From Octopus bimaculoides (Eukaryota): 35,775 nt of DNA. Of the stretch, positions 1-10,799 are shown in pieces. The notes under the pieces are model-generated. The model was not told the origin of the DNA, did not search any database, and saw only the letters and a program-made list of their open reading frames with translations. Position 1 is the first letter of the stretch. The number at the start of each line of letters is the position of its first letter. Location of the stretch: positions 40,134,783 through 40,170,557 of the forward strand of contig NC_068987.1 of NCBI RefSeq assembly GCF_001194135.2. The letters run 5' to 3'. A program made the position numbers and the translations under genes.

Positions 1-1257
1 CATCTAAACCGGTCGACTTGCGCCTCGTGCAGCCGACAAGGGCATCCTGAATTTCAACTGAAATTATCTGCCTTTCACAGCGCTCAGTATCGGCCGTCGA
101 GAGACGCGGAAAGCCGTCGAGGTAGGGACTGATGTCCGACACTCTTGCCGAACAACCCAACAAACTGCTAGCGAAAGGCCTCACACATCTGCCTGGAATC
201 GCTCAGCTCGTGTCCGTCAAAGACCGAATTGTGGTTTTGTTACCACGGTACACGCAGGCCAACCGAACAGCATTGATCTCCTCGTTTCTTAGAGCACGCG
301 CCTTAGATCTGGCAATGCAACTTTCATGTTTTAAATTGGAGAAATTGTCTAATGCCATTCTTGCTGCTAGCACGTCGGTTGCAATGCCACTACAAATAGC
401 CTCGTCTAGTTTAGCTACTAACCCCTCCTTTCTAAGGCTATTTCTTTGCTAAACCCTATCGATATTACTCTAATCTCTCTTTTTGAGAGCCACCCACAAC
501 CTGTTGTTGAAGAACCCCCTGTCAACTTCTGCTTAACAAAATATGTTGACCCGGTCCCTGTAAGCGTTATGTGCCGGAAATAACATGTTCAGCTTGCAGT
601 ATCCAGGCCTAACCTACGCATCTAGGTTAATCGTACAGATTACAAACTTGTGGCCTGAATAGGCGACCGTTTTAAAAAGTGGACATCATACACTATTACT
701 ATCTATTTTCCTAGTGAAAATCCTATCTATATACGATCTAGATTACCCTAAGCGGTTGGTCCACGTCCACACTTGCGCATTAGGTAAATCTCGTCGGTAC
801 CTGTCAGACAGTTGGAACTGGCTGATCAGGTGCTTGAGGCTTTTGCACCTGCCTCTTCTATCAGCTACTCCCACACAATCCCAGCGTTGGTCTAAGATTC
901 CATTTTAATCCCCTAACAGTAAAGGGCGAGACGTACCTAGAGAGGCTTCTAGACGCCTAAAGAAATCCGGCCGTTTGGCTCCAGCAGGAGCGTAGACGGC
1001 CACCAGTCTAAAGACACCACCTTCACTATTGCTCACGTCCAGGACCACTAACTTCCTAAACAATACTGCCATTCCACCCCACATTCGCGGCCGACTAACA
1101 GCTGCAAAGATCTGATAGTCGTCGAACATGGGGGCCAGTGCACGTGTATTGGAAATTCTGGTTTAACTGAAAGCAATTATATCCAGTTCTAGAGACCTGA
1201 GGTCGTTGAGCAGGCGTCCCTGCTTCCAGGGTGACCCCAGTCCTCATACATTTAAAA
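1..1257 (-). pseudogene. ORF2 remnant: apurinic-like endonuclease (APE) plus linker to the start of the RT
   Basis: LNV*GLGSPWKQGRLLNDLRSLELDIIAFS*TR (APE N-terminal LNVRGL...DII..ET motif), FRLVAVYAP, LLLGD, IARSKARALRNEE, then DALVGCTRRKSTGLD at positions 1-60. Stops and frameshifts are present. Confidence 0.88.
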
Positions 1258-2215
1258 NNNNNNNNNNNNNNNNNNNNNNNNNNNNNNNNNNNNNNNNNNN
1301 NNNNNNNNNNNNNNNNNNNNNNNNNNNNNNNNNNNNNNNNNNNNNNNNNNNNNNNNNNNNNNNNNNNNNNNNNNNNNNNNNNNNNNNNNNNNNNNNNNNN
1401 NNNNNNNNNNNNNNNNNNNNNNNNNNNNNNNNNNNNNNNNNNNNNNNNNNNNNNNNNNNNNNNNNNNNNNNNNNNNNNNNNNNNNNNNNNNNNNNNNNNN
1501 NNNNNNNNNNNNNNNNNNNNNNNNNNNNNNNNNNNNNNNNNNNNNNNNNNNNNNNNNNNNNNNNNNNNNNNNNNNNNNNNNNNNNNNNNNNNNNNNNNNN
1601 NNNNNNNNNNNNNNNNNNNNNNNNNNNNNNNNNNNNNNNNNNNNNNNNNNNNNNNNNNNNNNNNNNNNNNNNNNNNNNNNNNNNNNNNNNNNNNNNNNNN
1701 NNNNNNNNNNNNNNNNNNNNNNNNNNNNNNNNNNNNNNNNNNNNNNNNNNNNNNNNNNNNNNNNNNNNNNNNNNNNNNNNNNNNNNNNNNNNNNNNNNNN
1801 NNNNNNNNNNNNNNNNNNNNNNNNNNNNNNNNNNNNNNNNNNNNNNNNNNNNNNNNNNNNNNNNNNNNNNNNNNNNNNNNNNNNNNNNNNNNNNNNNNNN
1901 NNNNNNNNNNNNNNNNNNNNNNNNNNNNNNNNNNNNNNNNNNNNNNNNNNNNNNNNNNNNNNNNNNNNNNNNNNNNNNNNNNNNNNNNNNNNNNNNNNNN
2001 NNNNNNNNNNNNNNNNNNNNNNNNNNNNNNNNNNNNNNNNNNNNNNNNNNNNNNNNNNNNNNNNNNNNNNNNNNNNNNNNNNNNNNNNNNNNNNNNNNNN
2101 NNNNNNNNNNNNNNNNNNNNNNNNNNNNNNNNNNNNNNNNNNNNNNNNNNNNNNNNNNNNNNNNNNNNNNNNNNNNNNNNNNNNNNNNNNNNNNNNNNNN
2201 NNNNNNNNNNNNNNN
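1258..2215. other. assembly gap (N run)
   Basis: Run of N. Confidence 1.
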
Positions 2216-3123
2216 CAGGTCAACCCCTGACCAGTACTCCCTGGCATTTCTTGTCACCTCTATAGGGACAGTATCTGTTTCCTCCACGATTACGCATCCC
2301 AGAAGCCACCATACATCTCGTCCTGGGGCGATTCTAGGAATGCGGACACGTGCTATACGTTTTCCCATGTGGGAGGGGTACATGATGACTTTGCTGGTTT
2401 TGCGGGGTGTCTTTGAATGTGTCATAGCGAGGGCTTCTGATTTAAACAGCACCGAAGTAGTGCCGTATTATTTGCCCCTCGCTATGTATTCGATATCATT
2501 TCTTATGCACCTCAGCGCCGCCTCAATGTCTACTTGGGCTATCAAAGCCGCTCTTTTCGTGTCTACTCAGATGCATTTGAAAAGCACCGTTCTTTCTCTG
2601 ATGGTACCGTTAGATTTTCCCAATTTTTCTCTTGCTTAATTAGTTTCCATGCGTTTGGGAGCATCTGCTCCCTATTTGTGAGGTCTACAGTATATCAGTA
2701 TTTGGTAATGGCTGTTGCTGCTGCAAAACCATTTTTGATATTTTTACTTGTATTGATTTCGTTGCTGTCTTTATTGTTGTCACTGTTGCTGCTGCCGTTG
2801 TTGTTGTCGTTCTTATCGATGCTGTTACTTTCTTTTTCGTGGTTGTTGCTGCTCTCACTACTACTACTACTGCTGCGGCTGCTGCTGTTGTCATTTCTAC
2901 CGCTCTTAGTGTTTCTGCTACTATTGTTGTTACTGTTCGTTGTACTTTGTACCATGACAGTCTTGTTCTTCTACTCCTCCACTTCCTCTGTATTGTTGCC
3001 CGTGACAGAGGGAAAGGGAGGGAAGTCTTCATCTATTACCATATTGGTAGGAGGGTTTGTTTTGTTTTTCCTCAACTCTTTCAAGACGCGCTTCGCCATC
3101 TTGTTGAGCTGTATGGATTCCAT
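2216..3123 (-). pseudogene. ORF1 remnant of the L1/Tx1 element, with a Ser/Asn-rich low-complexity N-terminus
   Basis: ATG at 3123 (MESIQLNKMAKRVLKELRK...), an S/N-rich tract encoded by AAC/AGC repeats, then ...VIMYPSHMGKRIARVRIPRIAPG... It lies upstream of and on the same strand as the APE. Several stops. Confidence 0.6.
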
Positions 3124-3342
3124 TAAATTTTAACACCCACCAAAGTTATTTGGTGAACCGAAAATCGCCCCTCTGGGGGCTACACAACCATAAAAAAAAA
3201 CAGTTACAGGCTCCTGGTGTTTCTATCCACAACTTGGAATAAAATAATTATTGACAAAAGACATCAATCCTAATGTAAATAAATATTTTGAACTGGACTT
3301 ACTTGGAGCGTTCGAAAACACGTCCCATGTGTTTTGCAGAAA

Positions 3343-3344
<2 letters not shown>

Positions 3345-3373
<29 letters not shown>

Positions 3374-3590
3374 CAACTACTACTACTACTACTACTACTT
3401 GCACTAAAACTTGTACAATTATGTTTGTTATCGACACTTTACACCAGTGTTTCCCAAACTTTTTGCGCCAAATTGCAATATCGCCCACCTATCGGCCAAC
3501 TACTACTACTAGTGTTACTACTAGTATTACTACTAGTATTACTACTACTACTAGCATAACTACTCCTACAAAGAATACTACAACTGCCGT

Positions 3591-3623
<33 letters not shown>

Positions 3624-4490
3624 CACCACCACCACCAGTACTACTACTACTACTACTACAACTGTTACTGCAACTAGTGCTGATGCTACTGCTACTGCCA
3701 CTACTACAACAACTACTACTACTAGTAATACTAATGTTACCATTACCACTAACACTATTTCTAGTGCCACTTCTATTACTACATCTACTACTACTAGGAC
3801 TTTTCGCGCCAAATTGCAATATCGCCCACCTATCAGCCAACTACTACTACTAGTGTTACTACTAGTATTACTACTACAGTAGTATTACTACTACTACTAG
3901 CATAACTACTCCTACAAAGAATACTACAACTGCCGTTACTACTACTACTACTACGCAGTGGCCCAGTGGTTAGGGCAGCGGACTCGCGGTCATAGGATCG
4001 CGGTTTCGATTCCCAGACCGGGCGTTGTGAGTGTTTATTGAGCGAAAACACCTAAAGCTCCACGAGGCTCCGGCAGGGGATGGTGGCGAACCCTGCTGTA
4101 CTCTTTCACCACAACTTTCTCTCGCTCTTACTTCCTGTTTCTGTTGTGCCTGTAATTTAATTCAAAGGGTCAGCCTTGTCACACCGTGTCACGCTGAATA
4201 TCCCCGAGAACTACGTTATGGGTACACGTGTCTGTGGAGTGCTCAGCTACTTGCACGTTAATTTCACGAGCTGGCTGTTCCGTTGATCGGATCAACTAGA
4301 ACCCACGACGTCGTAAGCGACGGAGTGCCAACATTACTAGGACTACTACTAAAACTACTACTGTCACTGAGTCTAAACTACTACAATCCTACTACTACTA
4401 GTAGAGTACAAATTTCATTACTACGAATACTACTAGTTATACTACTACTACTACTACTACTACTTCTTCTAGTAGCACTTCTATTACTAC
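3345..4490. repeat. (AAT)n/(ACT)n/(ACC)n microsatellite-rich low-complexity region with internal segment duplications
   Basis: Direct reading. 3489-3605 is near-duplicated at 3829-3953. Confidence 0.95.
3954..4333 (+). mobile_element. tRNA-derived SINE, family A, inserted in the (ACT)n tract
   Basis: tRNA-like head with A-box (TGGCCCAGTGG) and B-box-like GGTTTCGATTCC. A near-identical second copy is at 33116-33452. Confidence 0.88.
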
Positions 4491-4678
4491 AAAGACCTGT
4501 TTACTTGGTCAGGACTGGATTTAAACTATTAATGGGCCCTGTAAAGTTCGGTTGGCCCCCTAATAGACAAGAAATAGAAAATTAGAAATATAGGAAAGTT
4601 TTAATGATATCCAAAAACACTTCATTGAAATGATTTAACGTCTTCAAAACTGTAACGTTTGTTATCGACAGTTTACAC

Positions 4679-7051
4679 CAGTGTTTCCTAAACTTTTCGC
4701 GCTAAATTGCAATATCACCCACTTATCGACCAAAAAATGCTCCATCGCCCACCTGTGTAAAAAAAACCCGACACCCCCACCACAACACAAAATCCCCTGT
4801 GTCATTTGACACACACACTATATCGTAGACTCATTGCCTTGTTAGTGACGTTTGGACTAAATATGCGGCTGTTTACAAATCTTTTATTGTGAGTTTAGTT
4901 TTGTCATTAGGGTAAATAAAATTCTAACGTTAACTCTATATTATGCAGACAGATTAACTTCTGGAAACTTGCGCTTTCTTTTACACTGATTTTCATTTTC
5001 CCCAAATGAACCATTGATCAGAACTACCGATGCAAAAATAATTAATGATTGTACTATAAAGGAAAAGAATACAACTTTTTCATGAGAACCATGTGTCTGA
5101 TGCAATGCAACTAGTGCAGATACATTCGGTTTCAAACTTGTCAACTTTAGCCGCAAGTCTCCTCATTGTGTCACGTCCAGTTCAATTTTTTTATGGGAAA
5201 GTAAAGTTCCAACATGGTTAAAACAAGATTCAACCAGGTATGAGGTAGGAAAGGCAAGCAAAAGTAATTTCAGCTGTTTCTACAGATTGGGGTAGGAATT
5301 CAATATACTCTGAGGGTACCACAAACCTTCTTTGCCATTATGGCGATATCGCATTGTGGCGTCATTGTCATTTTGTAATGCTAGCAATTCCTCCTTAACA
5401 TCATCCTCGCAATCAACCTCAAACGGACTGCTATACCAATTTGGAATACTCAGCACAATAACATCTTGAAATCGCTCCACCATGTTATCGTGTAATGATC
5501 GTAAATAGCTACGATATGTAGTTAAATCTTCAACAATCAGTTCATCATTCAAAGAATCAAGTTGCGGAAATCGATGGAATTGACGTTTTGAAATGTTAGT
5601 CTTAAACAACACCAATTTTGAAATGAAGGTAGCGATAAATGATTTACAATCAACGAGAGTTTTTATGTTTCTTTGCAATAACTTATTCAAATAATTTAAT
5701 TTTGTGAATATTTCACAAAGAAAAAAGATATCGCACGTTGCAGCCATCAATGAAGCGGATAGTGGAGTATTTTCAAAGAAATAGATATATAAAACAGTTC
5801 AACAAAGCGTAAAACAGAGTTTCCTTTTGACAGCCACCGCACTTCAGTATGGTATAAGAGTTTAGTATGGTCCTCATCATTTCTCGGACAGGATTGATGG
5901 AAAATTCGATCAGACAAGGGACTGGACTTCCATTTGTTTACAGTCTTGATAACTAACTGTAGCACATCATTCAATCTACTGTTCATATTTTTTTCCACTA
6001 AGTGCTGCCAGTGTGCCAAGCAATGAACAGTTAGTATCTGGTTGGAAATTTCACGCTTTAACAGAGATGAAAAACTTCTGTATCTTCTTATCGTCAAAGG
6101 CAAGAATATTACTGAGTGGGATATTATGTTCAAAAAGGAAACACTTCAGAGTGTGAAAAATAGTTGCACCTTTTGAATCAAGCAACTATTTCTCTGTGAA
6201 TAGCATTTCCTCACAAGGTTGAAGGTCTTCGCTAAAATATCGGACATATATCATCATCATCAAACATTGATTGTCCACGACAGTTGATTCACCTACTTGT
6301 ATAGAAAATTCAGAACGCTGGAGAATATCAATGAGTTGATGTTTGACATCGTTGGCCATTTCATCGATGCATCGAGAAATTGTGTTATTACTAAGTGGGA
6401 TCTTTTTCATAATGTTATCGCGTTTTTCGTGCATAACGGTTGACAAAACCTCCTCGATAACTGGGCGAAGTAATATTTCTCCATTGTATGAGGCTTCCCA
6501 GACTTAGCAAAAAGCAATACAATGCTGTACGATGCAATCAACCCGTCATTCTCCTGTTTACTAGTTTCCTGGAGTAGTGTGTTGAATGTTTGTATTTACT
6601 TTTTGAAAGAGGAGCTCAGTTGCAAAAAGTGTGATAACGGCTTGTCCTTCTCGTCAGAATGCTTTGCATCAAAGTGATGCTTCAAGCGTGAAGGTTTCAT
6701 TGCTTCGTTGGTCAATGTTTGATGGCAAAGAAGGCATTTTGGTAACTGACAGTTCTGAGGAGAGGGAATAAATCCAAACGATAAATAATCACTACTGTAC
6801 GGTCGACAAATTTTCTAGACTGGAGGCATCAGTGAAGTGAAAATGGGAAAACGAATTTCTAAAAGACTGCACCAGAAAGGCAATATGGTATTCCCAAAGA
6901 GAAGAAAAAGTAAATAGAGCAGAGTCAGAGTCTTTACTGGAACAAATACGGATCTAGTTCGTTTGGCTGCCAGCATGTAAATGCAGACTTAATTTCTAAA
7001 AATTCATTGTCACCCACAAAATGCTCATATCGCCCACTTTGGAAAACTATG
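4679..7051 (-). mobile_element. hAT DNA transposon, Buster/Charlie-like, full-length but decayed
   Basis: Left terminus CAGTGTTTCCTAAAC; right terminus reverse-complement CATAGTTTTCCAAAG; perfect 8-bp TSD GTTTACAC (4671-4678 and 7052-7059) with the central TA typical of the Buster subfamily; internal transposase. Confidence 0.93.
5080..6829 (-). pseudogene. hAT (Buster/ZBED5/SCAND3-like) transposase, frameshifted
   Basis: YLSFGFI...PKCLLCHQTLTNEAMKPSRLKHHF (BED-type finger), PLSNNTISRCIDEMA, FSIQVGEST, VHCLAHWQHL, LLYHTEVRWLSKG, and C-terminal LRLKLTSLKPNVSALVALHQTHGSH. Confidence 0.93.
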
Positions 7052-7119
7052 GTTTACACACTTTGACATTTTGTATGTTAAGGTTTTGGTGACATATTTT
7101 CTTTGATTGCTCAACCTTT

Positions 7120-7245
7120 AGTAGTAGTAGTATTGGAAGAAGAAGAAGAAGAAGAAGAAGAACTTTCGGTGAGATATTTCCTTTGATTAAACTGAAATAG
7201 TACAAGCAGTAGTAAAACTAGTAGGAGTAGCAGTAGTCATAGTAA
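7120..7245. repeat. (AGT)n/(GAA)n simple repeats
   Basis: Direct reading. Confidence 0.85.
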
Positions 7246-8199
7246 CGGTAGCTATATAGAAAACGGATAACAAAAAAGCGGATACAGATGTCACTTCAGA
7301 TGATCAGAACTCGTACATTTCTAACCCTAGTTACGCACACTGCACCATTAAGCTAAGCAACCCATTACGAGGAATAACATCTTTATAAAGGTAAATATGT
7401 TAAAATGGGGAAAAAAATTCTATTTGTTAGAATGATCACCTGCTTTTTGTCATGTGATTCAGGAGGTTAGGAATGAAGAAGAAAGAAAAAGGTATGTGAA
7501 AGCTGAGACATTTTGAAGTCTGGACCATTTTTGTTTAAAAAATTCGCATTCAGTTTGGTGCAGAAATGAATTATTGTTGAAACTAAGAAGAGCTTGCAAG
7601 TAACTTTAAGAATAAAATTAAAGTGTTGAGTGGGCTGGCATTTGACAAAAAATAAAGGAATTCGCGAACGCAGATGAGCAGTAAAAACAACTTAGAAGGC
7701 CAGTTAAGTACCATTAGAAAACGGGCAAGAAAAAAAGCTGAATTGGAAGCTGCAAGACAGAATCAAAAGCCATATATCTCAAACTGCACTGTAGCATTAT
7801 GCTAAGCGATCCTTAACATCTCATGACGTTAAATAGCTGAAAAGGAGAAAAATATCTGAATTTGTCAGAATGATCACTGAAAACTACACCCCACTCTTCT
7901 TGTAGCTAATATTTTTTGACGTTTTCACCATAAGATTCAACTCATAGCTCCATTTGAATACAAATGTTGAATAGTTCACTTCAACAATAACTGACATGTT
8001 TTAATTCAAGTTCAGTTTTGGAGGTTACTCACCATATTTTTCGTCAATGAAAGCCACACAACTTTTTTCCTATCAAATATTTTTAACGTGGTTTTCACTT
8101 AGTGATAAAACTTAGAATTCTTCGGGCGTAACCAAAAGTTGACATTAATATATTCACCTGCTGCCGTGGCTCTGAAGAAAGAAGCATTAAATTTTTTAG

Positions 8200-9520
8200 G
8201 TCATTCAGTTTTTCTCAACGGGGAAAACAAGACTGCAACTAATACTCAAATACTCCAAAGATTGCATGGTTAGGTCGGTGCAGCCAAGCCTAAAGACAGG
8301 AAGGAAGTGGAAAGTCGTGAATGCAATTGGTAATGCTGAAAAGAATCTGAAAACCAGAGGTCCAAAGGGATCTTGTGATTCAGGAGGTTAGGAGTGAAAA
8401 GGAAAGAAAGAAGTATGTGAAAACCATCCAGCAATCTTAGCAGGGGCGATGGACAACGTGAGATGCTACAATGCAGAAATCTCTCACATGGAATGACGTG
8501 TCACATGGCTCCACTCAGATTGAGTTTCATAGTAAGAGCAACTTAAGACCTGCTTCCATCAAACACCAAACTGTAAAGTGGAGCATGGAAGAGGAGTCAA
8601 TATGTCCCCTGTGCAAGGACAAACTCCAGTCAATGGACCGTGTTCTGAGTTCGTGCAAGATCGCCCTCGCTGATGGCAGATACACATGGATGCACAAAAG
8701 CATGCTGGAAGAACTGACCACTTCAGTCTGGGACCAAATGCAGCGGGACACAACCAAATCAAAAGTGGCCTTCGTAACGAAAGAAGGAAAGGAGTGGACT
8801 GGAGCAACGAAGATAACTGGAGATGAATTTGTAGCAAGAGGGAACCTACTTGGACGCGAGGATTCCTGGGAAATAGAAGCGGATATCAGTGAGAAGCGCA
8901 AGAACTACTCAGAGTTCAGCACCAAGAATAGTTTGAGACCAAGCATCGTTTTATAGTCTAAACAGGGTGCTAAAGTGATTCTCACTGAGTTGACAGTACC
9001 ATACGAGAGTCATATAGAAGAGCAGCATATAAGATGAGCAAATATGGTAAGCTGGAAAAAACAGCTAGGGAGTAACGGCTACCACTGAGCTGGGAAAGCA
9101 GTTGAGTTGGATCGCGAGGATTCGTGGCTGCATCAATCTGTCGGCTACTCGAGTACCAAAGGCCGCAGAACTACCACAATCAAACACTTGTCTACTGTTG
9201 CTGAAAAGTGCTGAATGTGGAGAAGGGCGTAAAGGAATAACCAATGGACCTAGTTATGGGGTCCATTGGTTATTTACAGGAACAGAAGGAAGAAGAGAAT
9301 TAGTTCCTTCGTCGGTCAGAGTGGCCTAGTGGGCTGAAACACAGACCTAGGAACAAAAGAACGATCTAAGTTCATATCCTGCTGGAGACAGGGTTTTTGG
9401 AAGGCAACAGGACACCTAGGAGTCATGACCTGGGTGAATTCGGCTCTTGTAGAGTGTGAGATACAAAGGCCGAAATACTTGTCGGACGGGAGTTCTTCTG
9501 ATGATGATCTCTCTTGTTAT
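8200..9520 (+). mobile_element. REL-encoding non-LTR retrotransposon (R2 superfamily, HERO-like), 3' part, copy A
   Basis: LKTGRKWKVVNAIGNAEKNL, QQS*QGRWTT, degenerate CCHC knuckle CPLCKDKLQSMDRVLSSC, ALADGRYTWMH, REL motif LRPSIVL*S...ELTVPYESHIEE...KY, then a 3'UTR. The HERO family call is from motif recall. Confidence 0.85.
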
Positions 9521-9539
9521 GCGCTCGCCTTATCTTAGA

Positions 9540-10400
9540 TCCATAGTCAGTCCGTTGACATCCAGGAATAGACTGGATGACTACTGGTAAAGTCCAGTTG
9601 GCTACCGGGAAAGTTCAGTTGAGCACTGGTAAAGTTCAGCTGACCCTGGGAAAGACCAATTGTTTCCTTGATGAATAAGAACGGCCCCAAGAGTAAACTC
9701 AATTGGGCTCACAACCCAGAGACTGAATTCAGAATTTGTGATAGAGCCTAGCAATGAAAAATGCAACCGAGATCCTTATTGAAAGGGGGCTGAGAATGAT
9801 GGATCCACAGAACTGACACAAGGAAGACACGGAATGTACCAAGGAGTATGAGGTCAGAACAACGGACACCAAACTTCTGATGTAACTGAGGTTGGAAATT
9901 CGCCTCAAAAAAGGGAATGAAGATTCATCGAACAAAAATGAAATGTACCACCAAAATAGTAACTCGTAAGCTGCGCACTGCAAATGCAGATAAGACGTTA
10001 AGAGACCAAAGCCAGGTCGCAAACCAGTGCTGAAGATACCCAAGCAAGTGAGACTACTGCATGAATGCAATCCCAAAAGGCACAAATGAAGTGTCCAAGA
10101 ATCAGATAGCAAGTAGTGAAGGGGCCTGGGAACAACTTGGCAAGGAAATATGCAAGGTATTATACATTAAGCTGTGTGTCTTGAAGTATGACAAGCAACT
10201 AGAGGCTTGCGATGAAATAATGTACAGTATTTGCAGAGGGCACTTTAGTGTTAAAGAAGAGAAGAGCAAGAAACCGACCAGAAAGAAAAAGCGGCAAAGG
10301 GAGATGGAATCCATAAGATATAGAAAGAAATGCCTAAAGAAGCAGCTGCAGACCAAGTCCCGAGGACATGGAAGGTCTGTTGAAGATTTAGCTGCCTAAG
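9540..10400 (+). mobile_element. HERO-like retrotransposon, 5' part, copy B (N-terminal zinc finger and pre-RT region), head-to-tail behind copy A
   Basis: CN*GWKFASKKGMKIHRTKMKC zinc finger at 9881-9946; then AWEQLGKEICKVL...EIMYSICRGHFSV...RQREMESIRYRKKCLKKQL. Confidence 0.65.
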
Positions 10401-10799
10401 CAAATTTTTAAAAAATAGATCCCAAGACATGGGCTTTTGCAGTTTTCGGTTGGTATTTTTTGTGCCTTGGCTGATAGCTGAGTTAAATGAATTGATCTTT
10501 AGTTTCTGAGAGACTTCATATTGTGAGGATTAAAGGAACATACTTACCAAGGTATGGCATCAAACTTACTTGGAATGATGGACTCCTAAAAATAAAAGAA
10601 ATTCAATATTTCGACAATTTTAGAAATTGCCTAAAACTATAAAGGGCAATAAAATCTGACTGGTAATAGCTATAGGGCTAAAATTTTCAGCAATTTCTCA
10701 TCACATGGATACTAACAAACTGAAAGGAAATTTAAGAAAACTTCATGGCAGACCCTTGTTGAATTTCATCATAATTATATATATATGAGAAATTTCAAC

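Larger units (their letters stand above)
1..3200 (-). mobile_element. L1/Tx1-clade non-LTR retrotransposon, 5' portion (5'UTR, ORF1, start of ORF2); continues beyond the left edge and spans a gap
   Basis: The minus-strand translation gives a two-ORF layout: a low-complexity ORF1 starting at 3123, then an APE endonuclease and linker leading to a K-x-x-G-x-D-G pre-RT motif at the window edge. Confidence 0.85.

Noticed and set aside
132-908. Plus-strand ORFs of 106 and 64 aa
   Set aside because: Antisense to the LINE ORF2 remnant.
1206-2639. Very long ORFs containing X runs (also near 13823, 14873, 28242 and 34099)
   Set aside because: Artefacts of translating through N gaps.
3954-4030. tRNA gene
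   Set aside because: It is the head of a multi-copy SINE (also at 33116). It does not form a full cloverleaf and is followed by SINE body sequence.
2534-4585. Long poly-Leu/Thr/Val/Ser ORFs in several frames
   Set aside because: These are products of trinucleotide microsatellites or antisense shadows of LINE ORF1.
9583-9662. CRISPR-like regularly spaced repeat
   Set aside because: It is a contiguous 21-bp tandem repeat without unique spacers, in eukaryotic DNA with no cas genes.
10540-10760. Possible additional Penelope RT fragment
   Set aside because: Similarity is limited to a weak G-x-A-I-G-x-K-F pattern, too degraded to support.
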